This document shows positions 10,835 to 19,501 of a stretch of DNA of 61,167 nucleotides, piece by piece. Position numbers and translations under genes: made by a program. Position 1 is the first letter of the stretch. Every line of letters starts with the position of its first letter. This stretch comes from Bacillota bacterium. Lineage in GTDB: Bacteria; Bacillota; Clostridia; Oscillospirales; Ruminococcaceae. The stretch spans positions 1 through 61,167 of the forward strand of contig JAMPBF010000001.1 in the NCBI GenBank assembly GCA_023666805.1, read 5' to 3'. Below the pieces are notes generated by a model, which worked only from the letters and a program-made list of their open reading frames with translations, did not search any database and was not told the origin of the DNA.

Positions 10835-11206
10835 ATGACACGGTTTGAAAGAGAATGGAACGGGGAACTTGGAGAGTTCTGGAAGAAGAATGCCCACGAA
10901 GAAGCACAGCAGCTTTTGAACCAGGCAGACAAGATCGAGGTGGAGGAAGACGGTGCTGCCAAGTGGAAAACGAATGGTTCCTACCTCCCGGCAGATGTGG
11001 TCGAAAAACTGATTTTCGCGGGAGCGACATGGTTCTCGCCGGAAGCAACGGCAACAAAGCGCGAGGTGCAAGTAGCAAAGGAGATGGAAGCCTACCGCAA
11101 CAACCACAGAGGATTTGATGTGGAGATGCTTGCCGAGGCACGGGCAGCATTCGGAGAAGGAACAACGATTTGCGATATTATAACCGGAGAGAAAATCACC
11201 TTGTAA
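10835..11206 (+). CDS. Hypothetical moron-like protein
   Basis: SD GGAGG before ATG 10835; AT-rich upstream region and own terminator. Confidence 0.7.
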   Translation: MTRFEREWNGELGEFWKKNAHEEAQQLLNQADKIEVEEDGAAKWKTNGSYLPADVVEKLIFAGATWFSPEATATKREVQVAKEMEAYRNNHRGFDVEMLAEARAAFGEGTTICDIITGEKITL

Positions 11207-11241
11207 GGTAAAACACAAACAACACAATACTTTCGGAAAAC

Positions 11242-11273
11242 AGCGATTGTCCACAATGGGCAGTCGCTTTTTT
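11242..11273 (+). terminator. Intrinsic terminator
   Basis: AGCGATTGTCC-acaat-GGGCAGTCGCT followed by T tract. Confidence 0.75.
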
Positions 11274-11313
11274 CATACACAAAATTCAACCAGAGAAAGG
11301 AAGGTAAAAGCGT

Positions 11314-11736
11314 ATGAAAGAATTCTGGAACACTATTCAACTCATTTTTACGGCGGTCGGGGGCTGGCTCGGCTACTTCCTCGGCGGCTGTGACGGTCTG
11401 CTCATCGCGCTGGTGGCGTTCGTGGTGATTGACTACATCACGGGAGTCATGTGCGCCGTCGCGGATAAGAAGCTGTCTTCGGAGGTGGGCTTCAAGGGCA
11501 TCGCAAAGAAGGTACTGATTTTCCTGCTCGTCGGGATCGCCAACATCCTCGATGTGCAGGTCATCGGAACGGGCAGCGTCCTTCGCACTGCGGTGATCTT
11601 CTTCTACATCTCCAACGAGGGCGTGAGCCTTACGGAGAATGCGGCGCACCTTGGACTGCCTATCCCGGAGAAGCTGAAAGCGGTGTTGGAGCAGCTCCAT
11701 GACCGCGACACCGATGGAAAGGACGGTGACGAGTAA
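11314..11736 (+). CDS. Phage holin (toxin secretion/phage lysis family)
   Basis: DYITG...KLSSEVGFKGIAKK...NEGVSLTENAAHLGLPIP; TM segments; precedes endolysin. Confidence 0.92.
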   Translation: MKEFWNTIQLIFTAVGGWLGYFLGGCDGLLIALVAFVVIDYITGVMCAVADKKLSSEVGFKGIAKKVLIFLLVGIANILDVQVIGTGSVLRTAVIFFYISNEGVSLTENAAHLGLPIPEKLKAVLEQLHDRDTDGKDGDE

Positions 11737-13214
11737 TGGCTTATACAAACAGTTCTATGGTGGCATACACCAAACTCAGCCCGAACCATTCCGGGCAGAG
11801 AACACATTCTATCGACCGCATCACTCCTCACTGTGTGGTCGGTCAGTGTACGGCGGAGGGACTTGGAGACTGGTTCGCCAAGTCCTCCACGCAGGCATCC
11901 AGTAACTACGGCATCGACAAGGACGGTCGTGTCGGGATGTATGTGGAAGAGAAGAACCGCTCCTGGTGTTCCTCATCCAATGCAAACGACCAAAGGGCAA
12001 TCACCATCGAATGCGCATCCGACACCACGGAGCCCTATGCGTTCCGAGACGTCGTTTATCAGACGCTCATCAAGCTATGTGTGGACATTTGCAAGCGCAA
12101 TGGTAAGACGAAGCTCCTCTGGTTCGGCGATAAGGATAAGACTCTCGCCTATGAGCCGAAGTCCGGCGAGATGATCCTGACCGTCCATCGGTGGTTCGCA
12201 AACAAAAGCTGTCCCGGCAACTGGATGTATGCCAGGATGGGCGATCTTGCAGAAAAGGTTACGGCTGCTCTCGGTAGTGGTACCACTACTACACAGGGAA
12301 CACGGGCTTCAGCCTTTTCCGGGCTTTCCGAGGCGGATGTTGTAAAGAGTGTCGGGGCATTGTTTACCGCTGACCAGAAGAAAACAGGCATTCTCGCATC
12401 GGTTTCGATGGCGCAGTTCATTCTCGAATCCGGCTACGGAAAGTCGGAACTGGCGCAGAACGCCAATAACGTGTTCGGGATGAAATGCTCCCTCTCCGGC
12501 AATACCTGGAGCGGTTCGGCCTGGGACGGCAAAAGCAAGTACACCAAGCAGACGAAGGAGCAGAACGCTGACGGGAGCTACGAGACGATCACGGCTGATT
12601 TCCGTAAATATCCATGCGTGGAGGACTCCATTGCAGACCATTCCGCTTATCTGCTGGGTGCAAAGAATGGAAATAAACTCCGCTATGACGGTCTGAAAGG
12701 CTGCACCGACTATAAGAAAGCCGTGCAGATCATCAAGGACGGTGGCTATGCCACGAGTCTGACCTATGTGGAGAATCTCTGCTCGATCATCGAGCGGTGG
12801 AACCTTACGCAGTTCGATGTAAAAGAGAGCGAGACGGCTATTGCATGGTACCGCGTCCGTAAGATCTGGGCCGATTCCAAGACGCAGAAAGGCGCGTACA
12901 AGATTTTGGAGAACGCTAAAAAGTGCGCTGACGCCAATCCGGGATATAGTGTGTTTGATGTAAATGGTGTAAACATCTACACACCGAAAACAACTACTCC
13001 CGTCACGCCGGACGTTCCGTTCCTCGTGAAGGTCAGTATTACCGACCTCAATATCCGCAAAGGATCGGGGACGGACTACGCAAGGACGCAGTATATCCCC
13101 GTTGGAATTTACACAATCGTTGAGGTCAAGTTCGGCAAAGGCTCGACCGCCGGCTGGGGACGGCTGAAGATCGGCGCAGGATGGATTTCGCTGGACTATA
13201 CAGTCCGTGTATGA
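11736..13214 (+). CDS. Endolysin: amidase_2 + GH73 glucosaminidase + SH3-like domain
   Basis: ITPHC...ASSNYGI...ITIEC...HRWFANKSCPG; AQFILESGYG...NNVFGMK...GYAT; C-terminal LNIRKG...GWISLDY. Confidence 0.9.
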   Translation: MAYTNSSMVAYTKLSPNHSGQRTHSIDRITPHCVVGQCTAEGLGDWFAKSSTQASSNYGIDKDGRVGMYVEEKNRSWCSSSNANDQRAITIECASDTTEPYAFRDVVYQTLIKLCVDICKRNGKTKLLWFGDKDKTLAYEPKSGEMILTVHRWFANKSCPGNWMYARMGDLAEKVTAALGSGTTTTQGTRASAFSGLSEADVVKSVGALFTADQKKTGILASVSMAQFILESGYGKSELAQNANNVFGMKCSLSGNTWSGSAWDGKSKYTKQTKEQNADGSYETITADFRKYPCVEDSIADHSAYLLGAKNGNKLRYDGLKGCTDYKKAVQIIKDGGYATSLTYVENLCSIIERWNLTQFDVKESETAIAWYRVRKIWADSKTQKGAYKILENAKKCADANPGYSVFDVNGVNIYTPKTTTPVTPDVPFLVKVSITDLNIRKGSGTDYARTQYIPVGIYTIVEVKFGKGSTAGWGRLKIGAGWISLDYTVRV

Positions 13215-13237
13215 TGCAGAATATCTGAATTTGTCTG

Positions 13238-13285
13238 AGAGCCTGTGGGCATTCCCGTTCGTGGAGTGTTCACAGGCTCTTTTTT
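13238..13285 (+). terminator. Intrinsic terminator of lysis operon
   Basis: AGAGCCTGTGGGCATTCC...GGAGTGTTCACAGGCTCT + T tract. Confidence 0.8.
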
Positions 13286-13342
13286 GTTATGAGGTTAAAA
13301 TCCGGCGCATATTTTTTGACTGTGACTTAGGAGGTCTCAGTC

Positions 13343-13756
13343 ATGGATGGATTTCAGAAAGAACAGATCAGGAACCTTCGAGGAGAAGGTCTAAGCTATG
13401 CGGAAATAGCAAGGCAGGTCAATGTTTCCAGGGATGCGGTCATATCCTTTTGCCGCAGGAACGGTCTGCAGGATATAAAGAAACCGACAAAGGAGATAAC
13501 CGTCACGGACGGCTGCCGGGAGTGTGGGAAACCGCTGATGCAGATAGATGGCATGAAACGCCGCGTGTTCTGCTCCAAAGATTGCCGCGTCAAATGGTGG
13601 AAGGAGCATCCCGAACAGCTGAATCGGAAAGCGGTATATCAGTTCACCTGCCCGCATTGCGGTAAGCCGTTCTCTGCCTATGGCAATGCCAAGCGTAAGT
13701 ACTGCTCTCACTCCTGTTATATCTCTGATCGATTCGGAGGTGGTACCGATGAGTGA
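13343..13756 (+). CDS. HTH plus zinc-finger protein
   Basis: GLSYAEIARQVNVSRDAV HTH; CRECG...FCSKDC and CPHCG...YCSHSC; SD AGGAGG. Confidence 0.8.
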   Translation: MDGFQKEQIRNLRGEGLSYAEIARQVNVSRDAVISFCRRNGLQDIKKPTKEITVTDGCRECGKPLMQIDGMKRRVFCSKDCRVKWWKEHPEQLNRKAVYQFTCPHCGKPFSAYGNAKRKYCSHSCYISDRFGGGTDE

Positions 13757-13925
13757 AGAGGAATTCCGTGCGGAAAAGATGTACCTGTTGTGCCTCGAAA
13801 CGGCAAAGGAGATGCTGAAACGCGGCATCATCTCCGAGGAGGAATTCACTCAAATTGATACAATCCTGCTCGAAAAATACAAGCCAACTTTGTCTACATT
13901 ATTGTCGGGAAAAGACTTGATATAA
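13749..13925 (+). CDS. SHOCT-domain small protein
   Basis: EMLKRGIISEEEFTQI; SD GGAGG; overlaps the upstream stop. Confidence 0.75.
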   Translation: MSEEEFRAEKMYLLCLETAKEMLKRGIISEEEFTQIDTILLEKYKPTLSTLLSGKDLI

Positions 13926-13969
13926 GTAGGGTTCAGAGTGATATATAGTGTCGGAAAGGAGTTGATTTT

Positions 13970-15877
13970 ATGCCGAAAATCACGAAGATCGAGCCGGGCA
14001 TCAAGGCACTTCCGGCAAAGAAAAAAGTGGCTGCATACGCAAGGGTGTCCAAGGACACCGAGCGGCTGATGCACTCCGTTTCCGCACAGGTGAGCTATTA
14101 CAGCGATCTCATCCAAAAGAATCCCGAATGGGAATACGCAGGCGTGTACGCTGATTCCGGGATAACCGGCACCCTCGTCGCAGGACGCAGTGAGTTTGTC
14201 CGTCTCCTGGAGGACTGTGAGGCGGGCAGAATCGACATCATCCTCTGCAAGTCGATTTCAAGATTTGCAAGGAACACGGTTGACCTGCTGAACACGGTCA
14301 GACGGCTGAAAGAAATCGGTGTCGAGGTTCGGTTCGAGAAGGAACAGATCAATTCGATGAGCGGGGATGGAGAACTGATGCTTTCCATCCTCGCTTCTTT
14401 TGCGCAGGAGGAGAGCCGCAGCATTTCCGAGAATGTAAAGTGGGGCATCCGCAAGCGGTTCAAGAACGGAGAGATCGGTGCGGCGAACAAGCACATTCTC
14501 GGATATCAGTATGACGACGAGCTGAAAAAGTACATAATCATTCCTGAAGAAGCCGAGTCGGTCAGATGGATGTTCCAGATGTACATTGACGGCGTCGCCT
14601 TGCGGGACATAGCGGACAGGATGAACGAGGCGGGCATACGCACCACCCTGGGAAATGAATTTCAGGAAGCCTCAGTACGGCAGCTTATTTTCAATGAGGT
14701 CTACGCCGGGGATATCCGAAGACAGAAGTGCTACATCGAAGATCCCATTACGAAGAACAAGGTTCCGAATCGTGGGGAGCTGCCGCAGTATTACATGGCG
14801 GATTGCCATGAGGCGATCATAGACCGCGACACATACGCAAAGGTTAAGGCAGAAATGGAGCGAAGGGCTTCATTGCTGAATCCGACCTACTGTTTTACCG
14901 GGAAGTTCAAATGTGCCGTGTGCGGAGCGAATTTCACCAGGAAGAAGGGTAAGGTAAGAGGCAGAGAATATGTGGACTGGATATGCAGGAGCAAGAAAGA
15001 GCCTGGAGTCACCTGCAAGAGCCACAATTATCCTGAACATAAGCTGATGGAGATTTGTGCGGAACTGATGGGGATGGATGGGTTCGATGAAGAAACCTTC
15101 GAAAATTCTGTAAAGCAGATCACCTCTCTTGCGGACGGCAGTATCGAGATGCAGCTTTACGGTGGTGAGGTCAGACGGTGGCAGATGCCGCCCAAGCCCG
15201 TGAAACCGAAAAAGCCAAAGCCGGAGAGCAAGCGACCGCGACATCTTTTCGATGGGAAAATCTTCTGCGGCAAATGCGGAAGACGGTATGGCAGAGCCAT
15301 AAGCGATACGACTGACGGTGGCCATCTTTACTGGTATTGCAGAGCGAAGAGTACGCACGATATCACCTGCGACAGCGTGAACTATCCCGATTCGGAGATA
15401 AAGGACATCTTCTGCAGGGTCATGGGAAAGAAAACCTTCGATGAGGATTACTTCACGAAAACGGTAGACCGCATGGTCGTGCAGGGCTCCGGCAGCATTG
15501 ATTTTCATCTGAGGGGTGGTACGGTCAGAACATATGAGACGCTCAAGCTGCGGAGCAATCGCCATGAGACAACCTCGACAGATGAATTTAACGGCAAAGT
15601 CCAATGCGCCTGTTGCGGGAACCTGTACCACAGATACTGCGGCTACGGAAAGTATGTGTACTGGCGGTGCTCCGGCAAGCACAAGGTCAGGACGGAGTGC
15701 AACGGAAAGGACCAGGCGGATTTCAATATCCGAAAGGTATCCGCCTACATCATGGGAATGGATGACTTCGACGGTGACGCATTCACTGAGCAGATTGACC
15801 ACATCACGGCATACGAAGACGGCAGTCTGGAATATACATTCAGAGACGGGAGGATAAAGAAGTGGCAAAAAACGTAA
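13970..15877 (+). CDS. Large serine recombinase 1 (three zinc-ribbon modules)
   Basis: AAYARVS catalytic motif, KSISRFARNT, AQEES; CAVC, CGKC and CACC ribbons. Confidence 0.93.
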   Translation: MPKITKIEPGIKALPAKKKVAAYARVSKDTERLMHSVSAQVSYYSDLIQKNPEWEYAGVYADSGITGTLVAGRSEFVRLLEDCEAGRIDIILCKSISRFARNTVDLLNTVRRLKEIGVEVRFEKEQINSMSGDGELMLSILASFAQEESRSISENVKWGIRKRFKNGEIGAANKHILGYQYDDELKKYIIIPEEAESVRWMFQMYIDGVALRDIADRMNEAGIRTTLGNEFQEASVRQLIFNEVYAGDIRRQKCYIEDPITKNKVPNRGELPQYYMADCHEAIIDRDTYAKVKAEMERRASLLNPTYCFTGKFKCAVCGANFTRKKGKVRGREYVDWICRSKKEPGVTCKSHNYPEHKLMEICAELMGMDGFDEETFENSVKQITSLADGSIEMQLYGGEVRRWQMPPKPVKPKKPKPESKRPRHLFDGKIFCGKCGRRYGRAISDTTDGGHLYWYCRAKSTHDITCDSVNYPDSEIKDIFCRVMGKKTFDEDYFTKTVDRMVVQGSGSIDFHLRGGTVRTYETLKLRSNRHETTSTDEFNGKVQCACCGNLYHRYCGYGKYVYWRCSGKHKVRTECNGKDQADFNIRKVSAYIMGMDDFDGDAFTEQIDHITAYEDGSLEYTFRDGRIKKWQKT

Positions 15878-17442
15878 TCACTATACCGGCCACCATCAGC
15901 AAGTTTACAGCATCTCCCCTCGGTAGCAGGAAAAAGCGGAAGGTGGCCGCCTATGCCCGCGTTTCCACGGACAGGGATGAACAGTTGACGAGTTATGAGG
16001 CGCAGGTGGACTACTACACGAATTACATCAAGGGGCGCAAGGATTGGGAGTTTGTTGCCGTATACGCTGACGAAGGCATAACCGGCTGTAATACGACACA
16101 TAGAAACGGATTCAATTCTATGGTGGAGGACGCGCTTGCTGGACGCATCGATTTGATCGTCACGAAGAGCGTGAGCCGTTTTGCGAGGAATACGGTGGAC
16201 AGCCTTACGACCATCCGAAAGCTGAAGGAAAACGGGACGGAGTGCTATTTCGAGAAAGAAAACATATGGACATTTGACGGAAAGGGCGAGCTTCTCCTGA
16301 CCATCATGTCGAGCCTTGCGCAGGAAGAAAGCCGCTCCATTTCTGAGAACTGCACATGGGGCCAAAGAAAGAGGTTCCAGGATGGAAAGGTCACGGTGCC
16401 GTTCAAGCGGTTCCTCGGCTACGACCGGGGCGAGGACGGCAACCTTGTGGTGAACGAGGAACAGGCTGTAATCGTTCGCAGGATCTACGGGCTTTTCCTG
16501 CAGGGGAAAACACCGTATGCGATAGCGCGGCAGCTCACCGAGGAGGGCATCCCGACACCAGGCGGTAAAAAGAACTGGGGCAAGAAAACGGTCGAGAGCA
16601 TCCTTACGAACGAAAAGTACAAAGGTGATGCCCTGCTCCAGAAGGTCTACACCACGGATTTCCTCACCAAGAAGAAAAAGAAGAACGAGGGCGAGGTGCC
16701 GCAGTACTATGTGGAAGGAAACCACGAGGCAATCATCCCTCCCGCACAGTTCGACAGGGTGCAAAAGGAGATGCAGAGACGGTTCGGCGATACGGATCGG
16801 CACGGGTGCGTGAGCATCTTCTCCAGCAAGATACGCTGCGACGACTGCGGCGGGTTTTACGGCTCCAAGGTGTGGCACTCCAACGACAAGTACCGCAAGG
16901 TCATATGGCGGTGCAACCACAAATACGATGACGGGAAGAAATGCAAAACACCGCATCTTGACGAGGACACCATCAAGGAACTGTACCTCAAAGCCATAAG
17001 GAGGCTCGGAGAGGAACAGGATGATATCATTGCCGCCTTTGAGGAAATCAAGGATGGGATGTTCGACACCTCCGAACTGGAAAAGGAACAGGCCGCCTTG
17101 CAGCAGGAGGTCATGGTAGTGACGGAACTGGTCGAGCAATGCATCAGCGAGAACGCCCATGTTGCACAGAATCAGAAGGATTACCAAAAGAAGTACGACG
17201 CCCTTTCCGACCGCTATGACAGAACAAAGGACCGGCTTGACAAGGTCAGCGCAAAAATCATGGAGCGTCAGGCCAAGCGTGAAATGATCGAGGCGTTCCT
17301 CAAAGACCTGGCTGAGATAGATGCGGATGTGCAGGAATTTACAGATGACCTGTGGTTCAACCTTCTCGACCACGTGACGGTTTTCTCAAGGAAGAATGTA
17401 CGGTTCACCTTCAAGAATGGAACAGAAATCACGGTGGGATAA
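15862..17442 (+). CDS. Large serine recombinase 2
   Basis: AAYARVST, YADEGITG, KSVSRFARNT, ILTNEKYKG, CDDC ribbon, coiled coil. Confidence 0.95.
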   Translation: MAKNVITIPATISKFTASPLGSRKKRKVAAYARVSTDRDEQLTSYEAQVDYYTNYIKGRKDWEFVAVYADEGITGCNTTHRNGFNSMVEDALAGRIDLIVTKSVSRFARNTVDSLTTIRKLKENGTECYFEKENIWTFDGKGELLLTIMSSLAQEESRSISENCTWGQRKRFQDGKVTVPFKRFLGYDRGEDGNLVVNEEQAVIVRRIYGLFLQGKTPYAIARQLTEEGIPTPGGKKNWGKKTVESILTNEKYKGDALLQKVYTTDFLTKKKKKNEGEVPQYYVEGNHEAIIPPAQFDRVQKEMQRRFGDTDRHGCVSIFSSKIRCDDCGGFYGSKVWHSNDKYRKVIWRCNHKYDDGKKCKTPHLDEDTIKELYLKAIRRLGEEQDDIIAAFEEIKDGMFDTSELEKEQAALQQEVMVVTELVEQCISENAHVAQNQKDYQKKYDALSDRYDRTKDRLDKVSAKIMERQAKREMIEAFLKDLAEIDADVQEFTDDLWFNLLDHVTVFSRKNVRFTFKNGTEITVG

Positions 17443-17454
17443 AGAACAGCACAC

Positions 17455-17492
17455 AGCCGGACACCTTGCGGATTGCGGGATGTCCGGCTTTC
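17455..17492 (+). terminator. Probable terminator after LSR2
   Basis: AGCCGGACA...TGTCCGGCT + short T run. Confidence 0.55.
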
Positions 17493-17497
17493 ACTAT

Positions 17498-17628
17498 GCA
17501 AAATTAAAATGTACGGCAACACCCAAGAGGCAAAATTAAAAAGTGTAGGCAAAATCAAAAGGTATAGGGGCAAAGTTAAAAGGTTCAAGGCAAAATCAAA
17601 AAGTATAAGGGCAAAATGTAATTGTATC
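17498..17628 (+). repeat. Six direct repeats GCAAA(A/G)T(T/C)AAAA, mostly ~20-bp period, at prophage end
   Basis: Copies start at 17498, 17530, 17549, 17570, 17590, 17611 (last one degenerate). Confidence 0.85.
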
Positions 17629-17637
17629 GCTTTGGGA

Positions 17638-18990
17638 TACTACTTAGACGAGGGAATAAGCGGAACCTCGGCGGAAAAGCGCACCGAGTTCCAAAGACTG
17701 TTGAACGACTGCCGAAAAGGAAAAATTGACCGAGTGCTTACCAAATCAATATCAAGATTTGCAAGGAACACAAAGGACAGCCTTGAAGCGGTCAGAGAGC
17801 TGAAAACCCTCGGAATATCGGTATACTTTGAAAAAGAGAATATCGACACAAGCGAAATCAGTTCGGAAATGATGTTGGCGATATACAGTCAGTTTGCTCA
17901 AGAGGAATCAATGTCAATTTCTAAAAACTGTCGGCTCGGAATCAAAAAGCGTATGATGGACGGCACATACAAAAATGCTTCTACGCCGTTCGGATATGAT
18001 TACGTTGACGGAAAATTAAAAATCAATCCCCAAAACGCAAAAGTTGTTAGGCAAATATTTGAATGGTATGTAAGCGGATTCGGAATGAGCGAAATAGCAA
18101 CAAGACTTAATTCACAAAGGGTAAGAAAAGAGGCTTGGCTGCGCAGCACGATACGCTGTATATTGACAAATGAAAAATATATCGGCAACAGTTTACTTCA
18201 GAAAAAATATACAAGTGATACGCTGCCCTTTAAAACGCTCAGGAATCACGGCGAAAAAGAGCAATATTACATATACGGAACGCACGAACCGATTGTTGAA
18301 AAAAGCACATTTGATACCGCTCAAAAAATACTTGCTGAACGAGAAAAACCAAGCGGTTATGCAACAAGGAGCAGCCCGTTCAGAGAGAAAATTTACTGCG
18401 GAAACTGTGGAAGCGCATTCAGATTAAAAGCACATAACAATTATGTGCGCTGGGTATGCAGAAATCACGATGAATCGGCCGCAAACTGCCCTATCAGACA
18501 AATAAAGGAAAGTGAATTTCAAAAAGCATTTATCAGGTTTTGGAACAAGCTTCAAGCACATTACAAGATCATTCTTGCACCAACGCTTCGACAGCTTGAA
18601 TCTCTGTCAGAAAAAGGAAAATCGGGCAATACACAGCTTTCGGAGCTTCGTAAAGAAATAGCCGAAATAAAACAGCAAACATATATGCTTAATATGCTAA
18701 ACACACAAGGAACTTTGGACGGAGCGTACTTCAAGGAACGAACCCAAGAGCTTGACCGCAAGCTGATAACCGCCCAAAAACAGCTTCACGCTAACCTTGA
18801 TGATAAGAACAGCGACAGGCTTGACGAACTGCGAAATCTGATAGCAATATTCGAGAAAGCCGAGCCGATAACCGAATTTGACGAAATCAAGTTTGGACAA
18901 ATCGTTGAAAGAATCACGGTACTGTCGGAAAAAGAAATACGGTTTGACTTGATAGGTCAAATTGGCTTTACGGAGCGGATCGAGAGGTGA
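17638..18990 (+). pseudogene. Large serine recombinase 3, lacking catalytic N-terminus
   Basis: LSR similarity starts at DEGISGTSAEKR; no YxRVS motif; upstream in-frame residues are translated repeat DNA with no SD. Confidence 0.85.
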
Positions 18991-18994
18991 GAAA

Positions 18995-19501
18995 ATGCTG
19001 AAAAACAGGAATATACCGTTTGGCTACTGCGTGGTAAACGGCAAATACACAATCAATGAGAGTGAAGCGGAAGCGGTACGGAAAATATTTTCGGGCTACA
19101 TAAACGGTAAGTCGCTGAAAATCATAGCCAAAGAAATGACCATACCATACAATACGGGCAAAGCCGTATGGAACAAAAATATGGTCTGCCGCATACTTGA
19201 AAACAAAAAGTATATCGGCGAAAACGGTTATCCAAAAATAATCACAGAGCAAGATTTTGAAGAGGCGGCTCGGATAAAAGCAGAACGAAATACTTACCGT
19301 AAACCCATTCCGCAGGACAATCCACAAAAAATAGAAACTACAGCAATGCTTTATGAACCGACCGAAGAAATTCAGCGAATGACCAACGAAATCAATCGGC
19401 TGCTTGATTCCGAAAATTCGAGTAAAGATAATATTGAAACACTTATAATAGAGTGCACTCAATTAAAATATGCAACCATAAAAGAGGTGAACGTAAAATG
19501 A
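18995..19501 (+). CDS. Short recombinase-domain protein (middle gene of triplet)
   Basis: IPFGY...EAEAVRKIF...ILENKKYIG...YPKII; no catalytic domain; SD GAGGTG. Confidence 0.85.
   Translation: MLKNRNIPFGYCVVNGKYTINESEAEAVRKIFSGYINGKSLKIIAKEMTIPYNTGKAVWNKNMVCRILENKKYIGENGYPKIITEQDFEEAARIKAERNTYRKPIPQDNPQKIETTAMLYEPTEEIQRMTNEINRLLDSENSSKDNIETLIIECTQLKYATIKEVNVK

Larger units (their letters stand above)
1..17640 (+). mobile_element. Prophage, right arm (tail, lysis and integration modules); left part lies outside the window
   Basis: Canonical order MTP-chaperone-TMP-Dit-Tal-tail accessories-holin-endolysin-two LSRs, all on + strand; codon style becomes visibly AT-richer after ~17490. Right end approximate. 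Confidence 0.92.

Noticed and set aside
4945-13214. Diversity-generating retroelement or invertible tail-fibre cassette
   Set aside because: No reverse transcriptase, template/variable repeat pair or inverted cassettes seen in the window
17473-17637. Lys-rich N-terminus of the 505-aa ORF as real protein
   Set aside because: It is the translation of the DNA repeat array; no SD and no catalytic serine motif
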